64,000 nt of DNA, taken from an uncultured Nitrospinota bacterium. GTDB lineage: Bacteria; Tectomicrobia; Entotheonellia; J063; CAVPRW01. This document shows positions 11,656-22,221 of this stretch, in pieces. Every line of letters begins with the position of its first letter. The first letter of the stretch is position 1. The stretch covers positions 32,001 to 96,000 of the forward strand of contig CAVPRW010000045.1 of the NCBI GenBank assembly GCA_963707985.1. Direction: 5' to 3'. The notes beneath the pieces were generated by a model. The model worked only from the letters and a program-made list of their open reading frames with translations. It did no database searches and was not told the origin of the DNA. A program made the position numbers and the translations under genes.

Positions 11656-11756
11656 TGGTGAGGAGTTTCTTCGGTGGCCCGAAGGAGAAACAGACTTCTG
11701 AGGTGCGTTCTCCTGGCGGCTTGGCAGGTCGCGCTCGGTTCTAGGGCACGGCCATT

Positions 11757-12701
11757 TCACACCTTGGGGATGATGTGGGAGATAAAGATGTTGAGCTGTT
11801 TGCGCTGCTCTTCCGCATCGCTTCCGCGGTAGCGCACGATCACATGGCGATAGCCCAGATCAACCAAGCGTCGGAGGTCGTCCACGATCTCCGTCTGCGA
11901 ACCTGTGCCAGGATCTCGGTCGCCGTCCGCACCTTTCCTGGCTTCTCCGATGTTGATAAAGAGTTTATGGCTAAGGCTGAGGTCGACAAAACGTCGCCCT
12001 TGTGCCTCGCACAGTTTCTGGAGCGTGTTTAGACGCTCTCGAAGGCGCTCAGGGCGGAGCCCCGTTGACAACCACCCATCTCCCAACCGGGCTGTCCGCC
12101 GCAGCGCCGCATTTGAGGTGCCACCAATCAGGATGGGTGGATGAGGACGCTGGACCGACCCCGGGCTGGAGATGACGGGGTCGAGCTGATAGTGCTCACC
12201 CTGAAACGTCACCTCGCCCCCCTGGCACAGGCGTTTCACGATCTCGATACACTCGTCGGTGACCCGACCGCGCGCGGCAAATGGCCGAGCATCCAGGGCG
12301 GCAAACTCCTCCGCCAGCCAGCCCACGCCGGCTCCTAGCATCATACGCCCACCTGACAAGACGTCCAAGGTGACCAGCATGCGCGCCAGCAAGACCGGGT
12401 GACGATACGGCATCACCAGCACCGCGGTGCCGATCTTGACCCGCTGTGTCGCCCCGACCAGCACGCCCATGGTGGCTATTGGCTCGAGCAGTGGCTCTTT
12501 CGCCATGTCAACGGGGAATGCTCCAGTGGCGCTGTAGGGGTATTTGGAAGCGAACGTCGCCGGAAAAATCACATGGTCAGCGACCCATATGGATTCCAAA
12601 CCAGATGCTTCAGCCAGCTCCGCTAGCTCCAGGATGTGGTCGCGTGTGGCCAGCCGTCCGTATATGCCGACATCCAAACCAACCGTGAGCACTTGGGCCA
12701 T
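11757..12701 (-). CDS. LLM-class (probably F420-dependent) oxidoreductase
   Basis: SIWVADHV, T.RVKIGTAVLV.PYRHP, LD.LSGGR..LG.G.GW..EEF, PPILIGG. Confidence 0.9.
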   Translation of the reverse strand: MAQVLTVGLDVGIYGRLATRDHILELAELAEASGLESIWVADHVIFPATFASKYPYSATGAFPVDMAKEPLLEPIATMGVLVGATQRVKIGTAVLVMPYRHPVLLARMLVTLDVLSGGRMMLGAGVGWLAEEFAALDARPFAARGRVTDECIEIVKRLCQGGEVTFQGEHYQLDPVISSPGSVQRPHPPILIGGTSNAALRRTARLGDGWLSTGLRPERLRERLNTLQKLCEAQGRRFVDLSLSHKLFINIGEARKGADGDRDPGTGSQTEIVDDLRRLVDLGYRHVIVRYRGSDAEEQRKQLNIFISHIIPKV

Positions 12702-12765
12702 GATTTCCCCCCTGTCCCCTTGTCCAGGATATCCTGTACCGGCGAGCGGGTGCCATGAATACGGG

Positions 12766-12999
12766 TTATGACGCCCTTGCCAGCCGAGACGTCGCCCCAA
12801 GCTGGGGTTGCACCCAGGTTGTCAGGACCTCATGCAAGAGGACCAATCCACCCAACCAAGCGCCGCTGATCAGGGCAAAGCGCCCGACGAGCGCTGGCCA
12901 CAGCATCGTGGCCAGGTGTGTCGAGTAATCCATGCGGGCTGTCGCGCCTGGGCTCGCGGCGGTGGTCAGTGCGTCAGCCGAAAATCCATGTGCTATCAT
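12766..12999 (-). CDS. Small hypothetical membrane protein
   Basis: AGGAG RBS; one hydrophobic segment; 77 aa. Confidence 0.35.
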   Translation of the reverse strand: MIAHGFSADALTTAASPGATARMDYSTHLATMLWPALVGRFALISGAWLGGLVLLHEVLTTWVQPQLGATSRLARAS

Positions 13000-13369
13000 G
13001 GTGATGATCTCCTTCTGTCATCGGCAAAACGTCGGGTTGTCAGGGGCGGCGGAAACCGGGTCGAGATCGATCGACAGGCTCACAACCTCGAACGTCAGCC
13101 TAGCGGAACCGCATCTCATCCAAGTGGGCGATGCACGTCCGGGATGGATGTCCACCCACGTTCCGGTAGCTCCACTGCGAAAATGTCAGGTAAACCATCG
13201 CATCTGAGCCAACAGATGTCAAAGCAATTTGGGTTCTCCCGCCATTTTGATGAAGGGGGTTGGAGGTTTATGATGGGGCCAGCGGTTGGTATCTTGGCTA
13301 TGTCTGACGGTATGGAGAAGACCCACGCCATCCCTGCGGAAACCGCCGGGCCGCTGATCACGTGGCTGC

Positions 13370-13600
13370 ATGGGCTTCCTGCGGTATTGGTGTCGGAAAT
13401 TCGGGCAGGCCTACGCCAATCAGTTGCGCCGCCGGTATCCCAGGCCTGGGGACACGTGGCACTTGGATGAAGTCTTTCTCACCATCAACGGGCAACGGCA
13501 CTATCGGTGGCGCGCCGTCGACCAGGACGGCCATGTCCTCGATATCCTCGTACAAAGCCGGCAGAATAAGCAGGCAGCAAAGAGGTTTTTCCGCCAACCT
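13370..13600 (+). mobile_element. IS6-family transposase fragment
   Basis: WCRKFG...WHLDEVF..ING..HY.WRAVDQDG.VLDILVQ.R....AAKRFFR. Confidence 0.85.
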
Positions 13601-13617
13601 TACGAGACAAGCAGGAG

Positions 13618-14460
13618 CTATCCCAGCAGCCGTATCAGCTCGGGGTACGAACGGGGTACGTGCTTATCGGGAGGCAAGAGCCCCCGGCCAGCAAGAAGCC
13701 GGTACAATTGGGCAACGTATGGCACCCCGAGGCCATAGCACTCAAGCGTCTCTGATTGCACGAGAAATTCTTCGCAAGGGCCCTGCATGACCGCTCTGCC
13801 TTGAGCGAGTATGCAGGCCTCGTCGGCCCAGGAGTAGCCCAGGTCAACATCATGGGTGGCCATAATAATGGTGATCCCTTCGTCATGCAGACGTTGCAGT
13901 ATTTTCAGCAGTTCTTGCTGCATCTTACGATCCAACCCGGCAGTCGGCTCATCAAGAATCATGACTTGGGGCTGCATGGCGAGCACCCCGGCAATACAGA
14001 CCCGCTTTTTCTGGCCGAAGCTCAGGTTGTGGACCGGCTTGTCGGCGTAATCGACTAATCCCACCGCATCGATCGCTTCTTCCACCCTCTCCCGCACGGT
14101 CTGACTGTCCAGCCCGAGGTTCATCGGGCCAAACGAGACATCCTCCCTGACGCTTGCGGAAAAGAGTTGGCTGTCGGGGTTCTGAAATACTAGGCCGACT
14201 CGGGAGCGCAGGCTATGCAGCCCCTGGCGGTCGTAGTGCAGTGGAGCACCATCGTAGAGAACTGTCCCGTCCTGTGGTCTCAGAAGTCCATTCAGGTGCA
14301 GAAAGAGCGTCGTCTTGCCGGTGCCGTTTGCACCGAGCACGACAGTACGGCTGCCGCGTTGAATGGCGAGGGAGCAACGATCAAGTCCGAGGCTGCCATC
14401 GGGATAACGGAAGCTGACATTCTGCAGTGCAAGGATATAGTCTGTAGCCTGCTGTTTCAT
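13618..14460 (-). CDS. cbiO: Cobalt ECF transporter ATPase
   Basis: GANGTGKT, VFQNPDSQLF, LSFGQKKR, ILDEPT; last gene of cbiMNQO. Confidence 0.9.
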   Translation of the reverse strand: MKQQATDYILALQNVSFRYPDGSLGLDRCSLAIQRGSRTVVLGANGTGKTTLFLHLNGLLRPQDGTVLYDGAPLHYDRQGLHSLRSRVGLVFQNPDSQLFSASVREDVSFGPMNLGLDSQTVRERVEEAIDAVGLVDYADKPVHNLSFGQKKRVCIAGVLAMQPQVMILDEPTAGLDRKMQQELLKILQRLHDEGITIIMATHDVDLGYSWADEACILAQGRAVMQGPCEEFLVQSETLECYGLGVPYVAQLYRLLAGRGLLPPDKHVPRSYPELIRLLG

Positions 14461-15202
14461 GACATCACCATGGCAAGGGTAATCAGTGCACTGCCCCCGG
14501 TGACGGCGAGAGCCAGGTCTCTGCGGGAGTGAGCGTATACACGTTCGAGGAAACGCAAGGGGCCGTCGTTATTGCGGGCCATGGCCGCCAGGTGCAGTGC
14601 ATTTGCACGTTGCCAGATCTGGACGCTGATGTTGGCCACCAGGCTGCCGATGGAGCGCATGGAGAGACGCATGGTCGCATACCCCAGTCGGGCGGACTGT
14701 GCTGTGATCGTCTCGTGTACTACTGTTGAGAAGACAAACAGCGTACGGTAGCAGAGGACCATGATGTCCAGCAATACCTCAGGCGCCCTGAGCCGGCGCA
14801 GCAGGCCGATGATGTCGATCATCGGCGTGGTGAGGGCCAGGAAAAGGAGTGCGGTCAGTCCCCCCAGTGAACGGCCGCATACCTGAGCGGCGCGGGGCAG
14901 TTCCGTCCGTGCCAGAGACAGAGAGACACCGCCTGCTGTGCCGCCAAGCTTGAGCGAAACCACAAGTGACAGTGTACTGACGGCCAAAAAAGGAGCGCCG
15001 GAGTAGCCACCCGCAGATAGCGCCCCGGCGGTATGCCCGCCCCCAGAACCGTGACGATGCAGAGAACTACAGCGATGCTGCAGGCGGCGACGGGTGTTGC
15101 AGCGGCAAAGGCGGCAACGATCCCGCACAGGGCGAAGATCCCCTTGGCAGCGGGTGAGACTTGCCGCCAGCGGTTCGTATAGGCAGACTGCTCGATCAGC
15201 AT
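14457..15202 (-). CDS. cbiQ: Cobalt ECF transporter T component, frameshifted near the A-run at ~14986-14991
   Basis: MLIEQSAYTNRWR..P..K start joins LALTTP..D....LR.L..P and AQSARLGY in another frame. Confidence 0.85.
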
Positions 15203-15531
15203 TACACCTCCTTGACCAACTCTCTTCGCATCCTGGCACGGGCCACTGATATCCCCAGATAATACCCGATGAATCCAGCCCCCAGCGCCGCCTGCAGGGC
15301 GAAAAGTAGCGAGCTGATCTCGCTGCTAGGCGGCTCCAGCAGCGGCTTGAACCACGGCTTATATCCAGGAGCGAGCGTACCAATGACCTCCCTGGCCTGA
15401 TCATCAGCCCCCCGGAATATCTCCACCTCTTTCCCATCCGGCCCCGGTGCAGGTTTCTGCACCATCCAGAGTGGTATCGCCACCAGAGCGACGACGGCTA
15501 CTATGAGCAACAGGTTCTGATACCGTTTCAT
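15202..15531 (-). CDS. cbiN: Cobalt ECF transporter component CbiN
   Basis: F.GADDQA...I....PGYKPWF.P..EPPS.EI.SLLFALQAA.GAG.IGYY.G. Confidence 0.92.
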   Translation of the reverse strand: MKRYQNLLLIVAVVALVAIPLWMVQKPAPGPDGKEVEIFRGADDQAREVIGTLAPGYKPWFKPLLEPPSSEISSLLFALQAALGAGFIGYYLGISVARARMRRELVKEV

Positions 15532-15550
15532 GCTTGCACCTCCCGACTGT

Positions 15551-16207
15551 TTACGCGACATGCATCTCTTTCAGTTCCTCAGGATTCAAATGAGCCAAGG
15601 CGTTGAAGACGAGCACCGTCAGCAGCCCCTCGCTGATGGCCAGCGGAATCTGGGTTACGGCAAAGACGATGGCGAACTTAGCAAAGGATCCGACAAACCC
15701 GCTGGCCGGGTCGGGGAAGGCCAGTGCCAGCTGTACCGAGGTGGTCACATAGGTCAGCAGGTCTCCAAGAGAAGCGGCAAGGAATATCGAAACGCCGGAA
15801 GGGAGCCTGACTGTGCAGGCCAGACGGTAGATCGCAAAAGCCGCAAATGGCCCAACGATAGCCATGGAGAAGATGTTGGCCCCCAAGGTCGTCAGTCCGC
15901 CGTGGGCCAGCAAGAGCGCCTGGAACAGGAGGACCACCGCACCGATGGGAGCCATGGCCGCCGGCCCGAACAGTATAGCCCCTAGTCCAGTTCCGGTAGG
16001 ATGAGAACAGCTTCCAGTCACCGAGGGCATCTTCAGGGCCGAGAGCACGAAGGTGAATGCAGCAGCGACCCCCAACAGCATCCGCTGTTGCGGCTTTTCC
16101 TTGATGTTCTTACTGACGGTGTGGAGACCGTAGGCGACGATAGGGGCCGAAGCAACGCTCCAGGCGACTGCATGTGTTACCGGTAAAAATCCTTCCATGA
16201 TATGCAT
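15551..16207 (-). CDS. cbiM: Cobalt ECF transporter S component CbiM
   Basis: Diagnostic N-terminus [28 protein letters not shown]. Confidence 0.95.
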   Translation of the reverse strand: MHIMEGFLPVTHAVAWSVASAPIVAYGLHTVSKNIKEKPQQRMLLGVAAAFTFVLSALKMPSVTGSCSHPTGTGLGAILFGPAAMAPIGAVVLLFQALLLAHGGLTTLGANIFSMAIVGPFAAFAIYRLACTVRLPSGVSIFLAASLGDLLTYVTTSVQLALAFPDPASGFVGSFAKFAIVFAVTQIPLAISEGLLTVLVFNALAHLNPEELKEMHVA

Positions 16208-16296
16208 AACCGCTTCTCCTTTTCGAGTGTAGTAAGCGATAATTCTGACTCTTTGGTAATTCCCTGGATTCGCAACTCCAACAGATAAGCCACGCG

Positions 16297-16816
16297 TATA
16301 GTCAAAAAACTCATGCGGCCTTGCGCACGCACGATTTCAGGAGTCCCCCGAGCCGTTCACGACACGGAATGGGACCTGTACGTTCTGGGGCTTGGCTGAC
16401 TGCAGGAAAGAGCAGCACATTACCCTGGCCTTGATGATTCCGCTCGTGATGAAAATGCGCCACATAGGTCATCAGCGCATGGCGGAGTGATACTTCCCCA
16501 GACAGGACCATCCGGGCGAGACACTGCTCTTTGACAGAGCGCACCCAGCGCTCCGCGTAGGCGTTCGGATTTGGCGACCGTGGCGGTGGTGGCATCCGCT
16601 TGACCCCGGCCGCTTCGACGAATTGTTGAAAGGCCAGGTACTGCCCGGGAGCCAGGAAGGCCCACTGCTCCATCGTGAGGTTGAGGGCGATCTGCATCAT
16701 TCACCCTCACTTGGCGTTGAGTATGCGGGATGGGGTGGGCAGGACGCAAACCGCAGGGCGGGCGATGGCAGGGTCGTAACCTCTGCTATCAAGCCGGGTC
16801 GAGTTTTTTGACCATA
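16297..16816 (-). mobile_element. Internally deleted IS (integrase-core transposase remnant) with terminal inverted repeats
   Basis: PPRSPN.NAYAERWVRSVKEQCL and ERLGGLL; inverted pair tatagtcaaaaaactc (16297) / gagttttttgaccata (16801). Confidence 0.7.
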
Positions 16817-16819
16817 GGA

Positions 16820-16935
16820 GTCTGTGGTGGTCGTTCACCAGGGCCGTGCAGGCCGTCTTGAGGGCGTCTTCGCGGAGGTACCAGGTGGGACACCAGGCCA
16901 AGTACCGAGGGAAGAAGTCGGTACGCTGCGCCATT
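16820..16935 (-). mobile_element. Tn3-family transposase fragment
   Basis: MAQRTD...YLAW..TWYLREDALK.A...LVN.HH resembles the Tn3 DDE region. Confidence 0.6.
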
Positions 16936-17004
16936 CCAGATCGTCGTCGCCACATGAGACCCGCTCCTCTCCCGCGAAAGGATGTGCTCGCAGACTCCCG
17001 AATT

Positions 17005-17150
17005 CTAGGTGTCCTGGCTCACGGATCATCCTACTCCCTGCCCCTTCCCAGCCCTCGGGCCAGTGGTTGCTCGCAGGTTTCGTCCCCGTTCACAGTTGCG
17101 GGGCAGCGCCGGGTTTGCACCGGCTTCCCTCGACTCCAGGGAAAAGTTTC
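17005..17150 (-). ncRNA. Cobalamin riboswitch
   Basis: Minus strand reads AGGGAAgCCGGTGcAAaCCCGGcgCTGCCCCGCAACTGTga...CCACTG...GGGAAGG...GAGCCAGGAcACCT (B12 box); 5' boundary uncertain. Confidence 0.92.
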
Positions 17151-17295
17151 AACGTCGTCGTGTCAAGGTTCACGCCATCTCTATGGATGGTCCAGTGGTC
17201 GTCTCCAACGCGGCAGACCTGGCTGAGCGTTCTACCATAGTTTCCGCTGGTCTTGTGGACAACCTCAAGCCTCGGTTGCTGTAATGGCATGGAGA

Positions 17296-18390
17296 TCACA
17301 AAGACATGCGGTGTTTCTGAGGAACGTCACATATAGTCGACCCCATTGTCAAGGCCAAAATCCGCTCAGCATACGTAAGCCTCTTCCCCTTGCTCATCTG
17401 GCTGGGGGGCAAGACCTGTTCGTGCTTGCAGTGCACCTCTGTGGTCCGCGAATCTACTGATCGGAAATGTTGAAATAGATGCACCCCTGGGCATCAGTAC
17501 ATTTGTGTACCCAATGGCCCCAGAACTGATAGTCCTGGACCAACTGTGCATGCTGGCGATAGAGCAGCGCCCGGTCCATGCCACCCACCACATAGGCATC
17601 CAGCATGCGGCGCTGGATGGCAAAGCCCCCTTCGGCCAGATTCTGCCAGGGATGCCCCCGGGCAATGGGGGCCCAGGGGATGCCGAGCTGCTGTAGGCAG
17701 GGACTTAGGGCCAGAAACACGCCGGCATTGTCGCTGACCATGGCGTCAGGGGCACTCCATTGCGCGATCGCCTGGCGGCAGACCTGCACCACACGAGAGA
17801 GATTTTGGCGATCAAAGCACCCGGCCCCGACGATGGCCCGACTGTAGCCATCGAACAGGAGCATACTGTAGAGCCAGCGCCCCTCGATCTTGGTTAGATA
17901 TCGCACGTCGATAAACCAGACCTGATGGGGAGCGGTGGTGGGGAGAGGCCACTCTGCAGTCTTCGGCGTGCGCGGAGGCAGTGATCTACTTGCAGGTGAG
18001 TGGCGTACGGTCATCCAGCGCTTGATGGATCCGCTGGTGATCATAGAACCAGAAGTATGCTGCCAACCCTCCTTCCATCTCCATGACTGACCCATCATCC
18101 TTGAGGTGAATGGCCTCAAATTTTACCGTGCGCCATCATCGTTCCACGAAGGTGTTCTCGAAGACACGCTCTCGTCCATCCATTTCCAACGCCATCATGG
18201 CGTTGCTCTGGGCACGATGCGGTCTGCGCTTCAGCAACGTCGTACATCACTCCTCCCGGTTAAGCCCCTCCCGCTGCTAAAGCATACTTAGGCCGTGGTC
18301 CAGTGTGTGGGGTCCATTATAGCCTGCCCAGGCCATGACCCGAAATGTTTGCCTCACCGGTTCCAAATATGGGCTATGATGTGACACGAG
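17296..18390 (-). mobile_element. Degenerate integrase-core (rve) transposase
   Basis: PHQVWFID.RY, D.YSR.I, SDNAGVF, PWQNLAE; frameshifts; boundaries approximate. Confidence 0.7.
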
Positions 18391-18631
18391 AACCATGGCC
18401 TGAGAGTCTGCCCAAGAAACAGGTCTTGGGAAGCAATAAACGACGCCAGTCGGAAGGCAAGCTCAAGACAAGACCGTTTCCAAGAAACCATGGAACTAAC
18501 GAAATAGAGGAAATCGCGTCAAGCGTTCAGTAATCGCTGACTGGTGGATTGATGTCATACTTCTTGGTGGACAGGATCTGAGTCGTGAACAGCTCACAGG
18601 CGAAAAAGTTCTGTCTTGGAAGAAAGGAAAC

Positions 18632-20587
18632 ATGATGCGTGATCACGATATCCCTTTGATCCCGCGCGCCGTCCTCTTCGGTAACCCGGACCGCGCCTTC
18701 GTGAGCCTTAGCCCGGATGGCCTGCACCTTGCCTGGCTGGCTCCTGTGGACGGTGTGCTCAACGTGTGGGTGGCACCCCGTGACGACCTGGCTGCCGCCC
18801 GACCGGTCACTCATGACAGCGGCCGCGGTATTCGCTTCTACCAGTGGGCGTATACCAACGCCCACATCCTCTATAGTCAGGACACCAACGGGGACGAAAA
18901 CTGGCGGTTATACACCGTGGATGTGCAGACCAGCGCCGTCAAGGACCTCACCCCGTTTGCCGGGGTACAGGCCCAACTCATGGAGGTCAGCCACAAGTTC
19001 CCCCACGAAGTTCTCGTCGGCCTCAACCACCGCAACCCGCAGTGGCACGATGTGTATCGCGTTCACATCGTCACCGGTGACATGACCTTGCTGCTGCAGC
19101 ACGACCGCTTCATGGGCGTGACCATGGACGACGAGTATCGCGTGCGCTATGCCGCCCAGATGACGTCCGACGGCGGCAGCGACCTCTATGTCCCCGCCGG
19201 AGCCGACTGGCAGCTCTGGGACACCATCCCCCCCGAAGACGTGCTGACCACCGGGGATGTCGGCTTCGACAAGACCAATCATCGCCTCTACATGAAAGAC
19301 AGCCGCGGGCGCGACACTTCGGCGCTGGTGGAACTTGATCTCGACACGAAAGCCAGACGCCTGCTGTCTGCTGATCCCCAGGCCGATGCCGCCGACGTCC
19401 TGATCCATCCGACTGAAAAGCACGTGCAGGCAGTGTCGTTCATTTATGATCGCAAGCGCTGGCAAGTTCTCGACCCCGCCATCGAACCGGACCTGGACTA
19501 CCTGCGCACCGTCGCTGGCGGCGAAGTGGAGATCATTAGCCGCACGCTCGACGATCGCTTCTGGATCGTGGCCTACGTGGTCGACGCTGGTCCTGTGCGC
19601 TATTACCTCTATGACCGCCAGTCACACGAGGCCCGCTTCCTGTTCACCAATCGATCCGCCCTGGAAGAGCAGCCGCTAGTAGCGATGCATTCCGCCGTCA
19701 TAAAGTCCCGTGACGGGCTCGATTTGGTGGCGTACTATTCGCTCCCAGCGGGAAGCGACAGCGATGGCGACGGTCTCCCCGATCACCCGATACCCATGGT
19801 GCTCATCCCACACGGCGGCCCGTGGTCGCGCGATCTCTGGGGTTACAACCCATTGCACCAGTGGCTTGCCAACCGCGGCTATGCTGTCTTGGCCGTCAAC
19901 TTCCGCGCCTCCACTGGCTTCGGCAAGGCCTTCCTCAACGCTGGCAAGCTGGAATGGGGCGGCAACATCATGGAGGATCAGCAGGACGCCGTAGGCTGGG
20001 CGATTGCCCAGGGCATTGCCGACCCGCAGCGGGTGGCGGTGATGGGGGGGAGCTTCGGTGGTTACTCGACGCTGGCCGGATTGACCTTCACCCCAGAGGT
20101 CTTCGCCTGTGGAGTGGACATCGTCGGCCCATCGAACCTTATCACCCTGCTCGAATCCTTGCCCCCCTACTGGAAACCGGCGCTGGATATGTTCACCACT
20201 CACGTGGGTGACCACCGCACTGAGGCAGGTCGTGCCCTCCTGACGAAGCACTCCCCGCTAACCTATGTCGACCGTATTTGCCGACCGTTGCTCATCGGCC
20301 AAGGGGCCAACGACCCACGGGTGAAGCAAGCCGAATCCGATCAAATCGTGGCGGCCATGCAGGCGAAAAGCATCCCTGTCACCTACGTGCTCTACCCCGA
20401 TGAAGGGCATGGGTTCGCCCGACCCGAGAATAATCGGTCGTTCTATGCCATCGCCGAGGCTTTCTTGGCGAAATCTCTGGGGGGGCGATGTGAGCCGATT
20501 GGCAGCGATTTTGATGGCGCCAGTCTCATGGTCCCCATCGGAGTAGAAGAAGTTCCGGGCCTCGCCGACGCCATGGTGGGGCGATGA
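18632..20587 (+). CDS. S9 family peptidase (dipeptidyl aminopeptidase/acylaminoacyl peptidase)
   Basis: HGGPW, GGSFGG nucleophile elbow, GANDPRV, YPDEGHGF catalytic triad motifs. Confidence 0.95.
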   Translation: MMRDHDIPLIPRAVLFGNPDRAFVSLSPDGLHLAWLAPVDGVLNVWVAPRDDLAAARPVTHDSGRGIRFYQWAYTNAHILYSQDTNGDENWRLYTVDVQTSAVKDLTPFAGVQAQLMEVSHKFPHEVLVGLNHRNPQWHDVYRVHIVTGDMTLLLQHDRFMGVTMDDEYRVRYAAQMTSDGGSDLYVPAGADWQLWDTIPPEDVLTTGDVGFDKTNHRLYMKDSRGRDTSALVELDLDTKARRLLSADPQADAADVLIHPTEKHVQAVSFIYDRKRWQVLDPAIEPDLDYLRTVAGGEVEIISRTLDDRFWIVAYVVDAGPVRYYLYDRQSHEARFLFTNRSALEEQPLVAMHSAVIKSRDGLDLVAYYSLPAGSDSDGDGLPDHPIPMVLIPHGGPWSRDLWGYNPLHQWLANRGYAVLAVNFRASTGFGKAFLNAGKLEWGGNIMEDQQDAVGWAIAQGIADPQRVAVMGGSFGGYSTLAGLTFTPEVFACGVDIVGPSNLITLLESLPPYWKPALDMFTTHVGDHRTEAGRALLTKHSPLTYVDRICRPLLIGQGANDPRVKQAESDQIVAAMQAKSIPVTYVLYPDEGHGFARPENNRSFYAIAEAFLAKSLGGRCEPIGSDFDGASLMVPIGVEEVPGLADAMVGR

Positions 20588-20719
20588 CTACACCTCGTCA
20601 ATGGCCTGCTTTTAGGCATCCAGGCATAGCCGACCTTAGCGGGGAACAGCTATGCCCACTGAATCCTCATCGAAGAACATGCTTTCCCACCGGTATCCGG
20701 CGAACATCAGCCGAGACCG

Positions 20720-20860
20720 GCAATGGCGATTGGTGACGATGCGTAAAACGCTCCAGGACATCAGCTGGAAGGCGCAGGTGTGCCTGCGTATACGGTACCT
20801 GCAACGGAGTGCGCGCTGTAAACACGTGAATTAGGTCATGGGTGGCGATGGCCCGGCAAT
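20720..20860 (+). mobile_element. IS110-family transposase C-terminal remnant
   Basis: QDISWKAQV.L..RY....A..K..N.V..A.AR pattern. Confidence 0.55.
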
Positions 20861-21036
20861 GATGTGGTAACGTGGTTCACGAGGACCTGCTTCAGCGATG
20901 TGTATTGGGCTTCTTCGCGTCCCGTGCGGAATTTCATGCCGGACTCGTGTGCAAAAAGCGTGTGCGTTTGGCACCTACCCATACCTTGGGCTTCCCCTGC
21001 GCCACAGGAACTCCGATCTCAGTCACAGCCCCAAAG

Positions 21037-22221
21037 CTACTCATGCTCTCTTTGGCTACCTTGTTCATGCTGAGCAGTTGTCACAAACCCTTGGAGGCGG
21101 GTATGCATGATAAGTTGGTCGAGTGACGCTGTGGTGAAAACCTTCCCATCAAGGCGGAGGAGCATCTGCCGCATATCTTCACGCCGCTCGCGGAATCCCC
21201 TTCCATCAATGCAGGCGATGACTTCATAACGGGCACGGCCAGAAGTTACATGCTGGTTTCGCTGCGTCTCAAGCTCCTTGATACGGGCGACCTTGTCACG
21301 GGCAGTGCCATCATCACTGGTGATTTTCGCCTCGATAATGACGACGGGGGCGACTTCATCAGGGATACAAAAATCTGGTGCTTGCCCGAATCCTGGTAGC
21401 CGTTCGGCACGTTTGGTTTTCCGGTATGTGATTCCAGCACGCCGAAGTTGGTCCTCAACGGCATTTTCCATTACTTCCCCTACAAGCTCAGATACAGCAT
21501 TACGGTGCGTCGCAAATGGGCCACCGAGATACCGCTCATAGAGTAGGACCGCATAGGGGACGTCTTCACTCGCGGCATGTCGAAGTGAGACAATGCCCTC
21601 ATGTGTGTCAAACTTGGCAAGGCGATGTACCACGCCGTCAGTCTCTTGCGGAGCACCCCGCGTGACGTATTGAATGGCTACCCTCACCAAAGCCTCAATG
21701 CGCTCTAAGCTCTTAGGACGTCCCACAGGGCGTTGCTCAATTCTCCCTGAACGGACAAGACGTGCTTGGTACCGCTGCTCTCGAATAATGAGGTACTCGG
21801 GAGTCTCGCGGCAGGCCCTATCAAGTCCTCGCGCCGCTCCCTGGGTAATGTCACTCATACCTTCTGTACGAGCCAGTTCGGCCCACTCAGGCGGTGTCAT
21901 GCCCAATATGGCACGAAGGACGCCTAAAACCCGACTATTCTCGCGTAATGCCTCCCCTACTGCAGTCTCCGTGAAGTTGGTGAAAGCTGCCGTGTGATGT
22001 TTCAAGACCTCATAGGCAGCACGAAAATCGGCGTACTTAATAAAGCTACTCCCCATTGGCATCAGGAGAAACTCTGATCCAAGGTCCAAGATCGTAACTT
22101 GCACCATTTCCTCAAGACGCTCATGGAGCTCCTCGCTGCTCAGTTCGAATGGCCGCTGCACCAGCGTCTCCTGACTTTTGGGCAGGTCGTACATTTCCTT
22201 AAGAAAAGGAAATGTCGTCAT
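21037..22221 (-). CDS. Putative type II restriction endonuclease
   Basis: PDFCIP...VIIEAK PD-(D/E)xK motif; overlaps the 3' end of the methylase gene. Confidence 0.7.
   Translation of the reverse strand: MTTFPFLKEMYDLPKSQETLVQRPFELSSEELHERLEEMVQVTILDLGSEFLLMPMGSSFIKYADFRAAYEVLKHHTAAFTNFTETAVGEALRENSRVLGVLRAILGMTPPEWAELARTEGMSDITQGAARGLDRACRETPEYLIIREQRYQARLVRSGRIEQRPVGRPKSLERIEALVRVAIQYVTRGAPQETDGVVHRLAKFDTHEGIVSLRHAASEDVPYAVLLYERYLGGPFATHRNAVSELVGEVMENAVEDQLRRAGITYRKTKRAERLPGFGQAPDFCIPDEVAPVVIIEAKITSDDGTARDKVARIKELETQRNQHVTSGRARYEVIACIDGRGFRERREDMRQMLLRLDGKVFTTASLDQLIMHTRLQGFVTTAQHEQGSQREHE

Noticed and set aside
13020..13135. Possible riboswitch or tRNA-like sequence upstream of the small ORF
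   Set aside because: No riboswitch consensus or cloverleaf could be matched by eye
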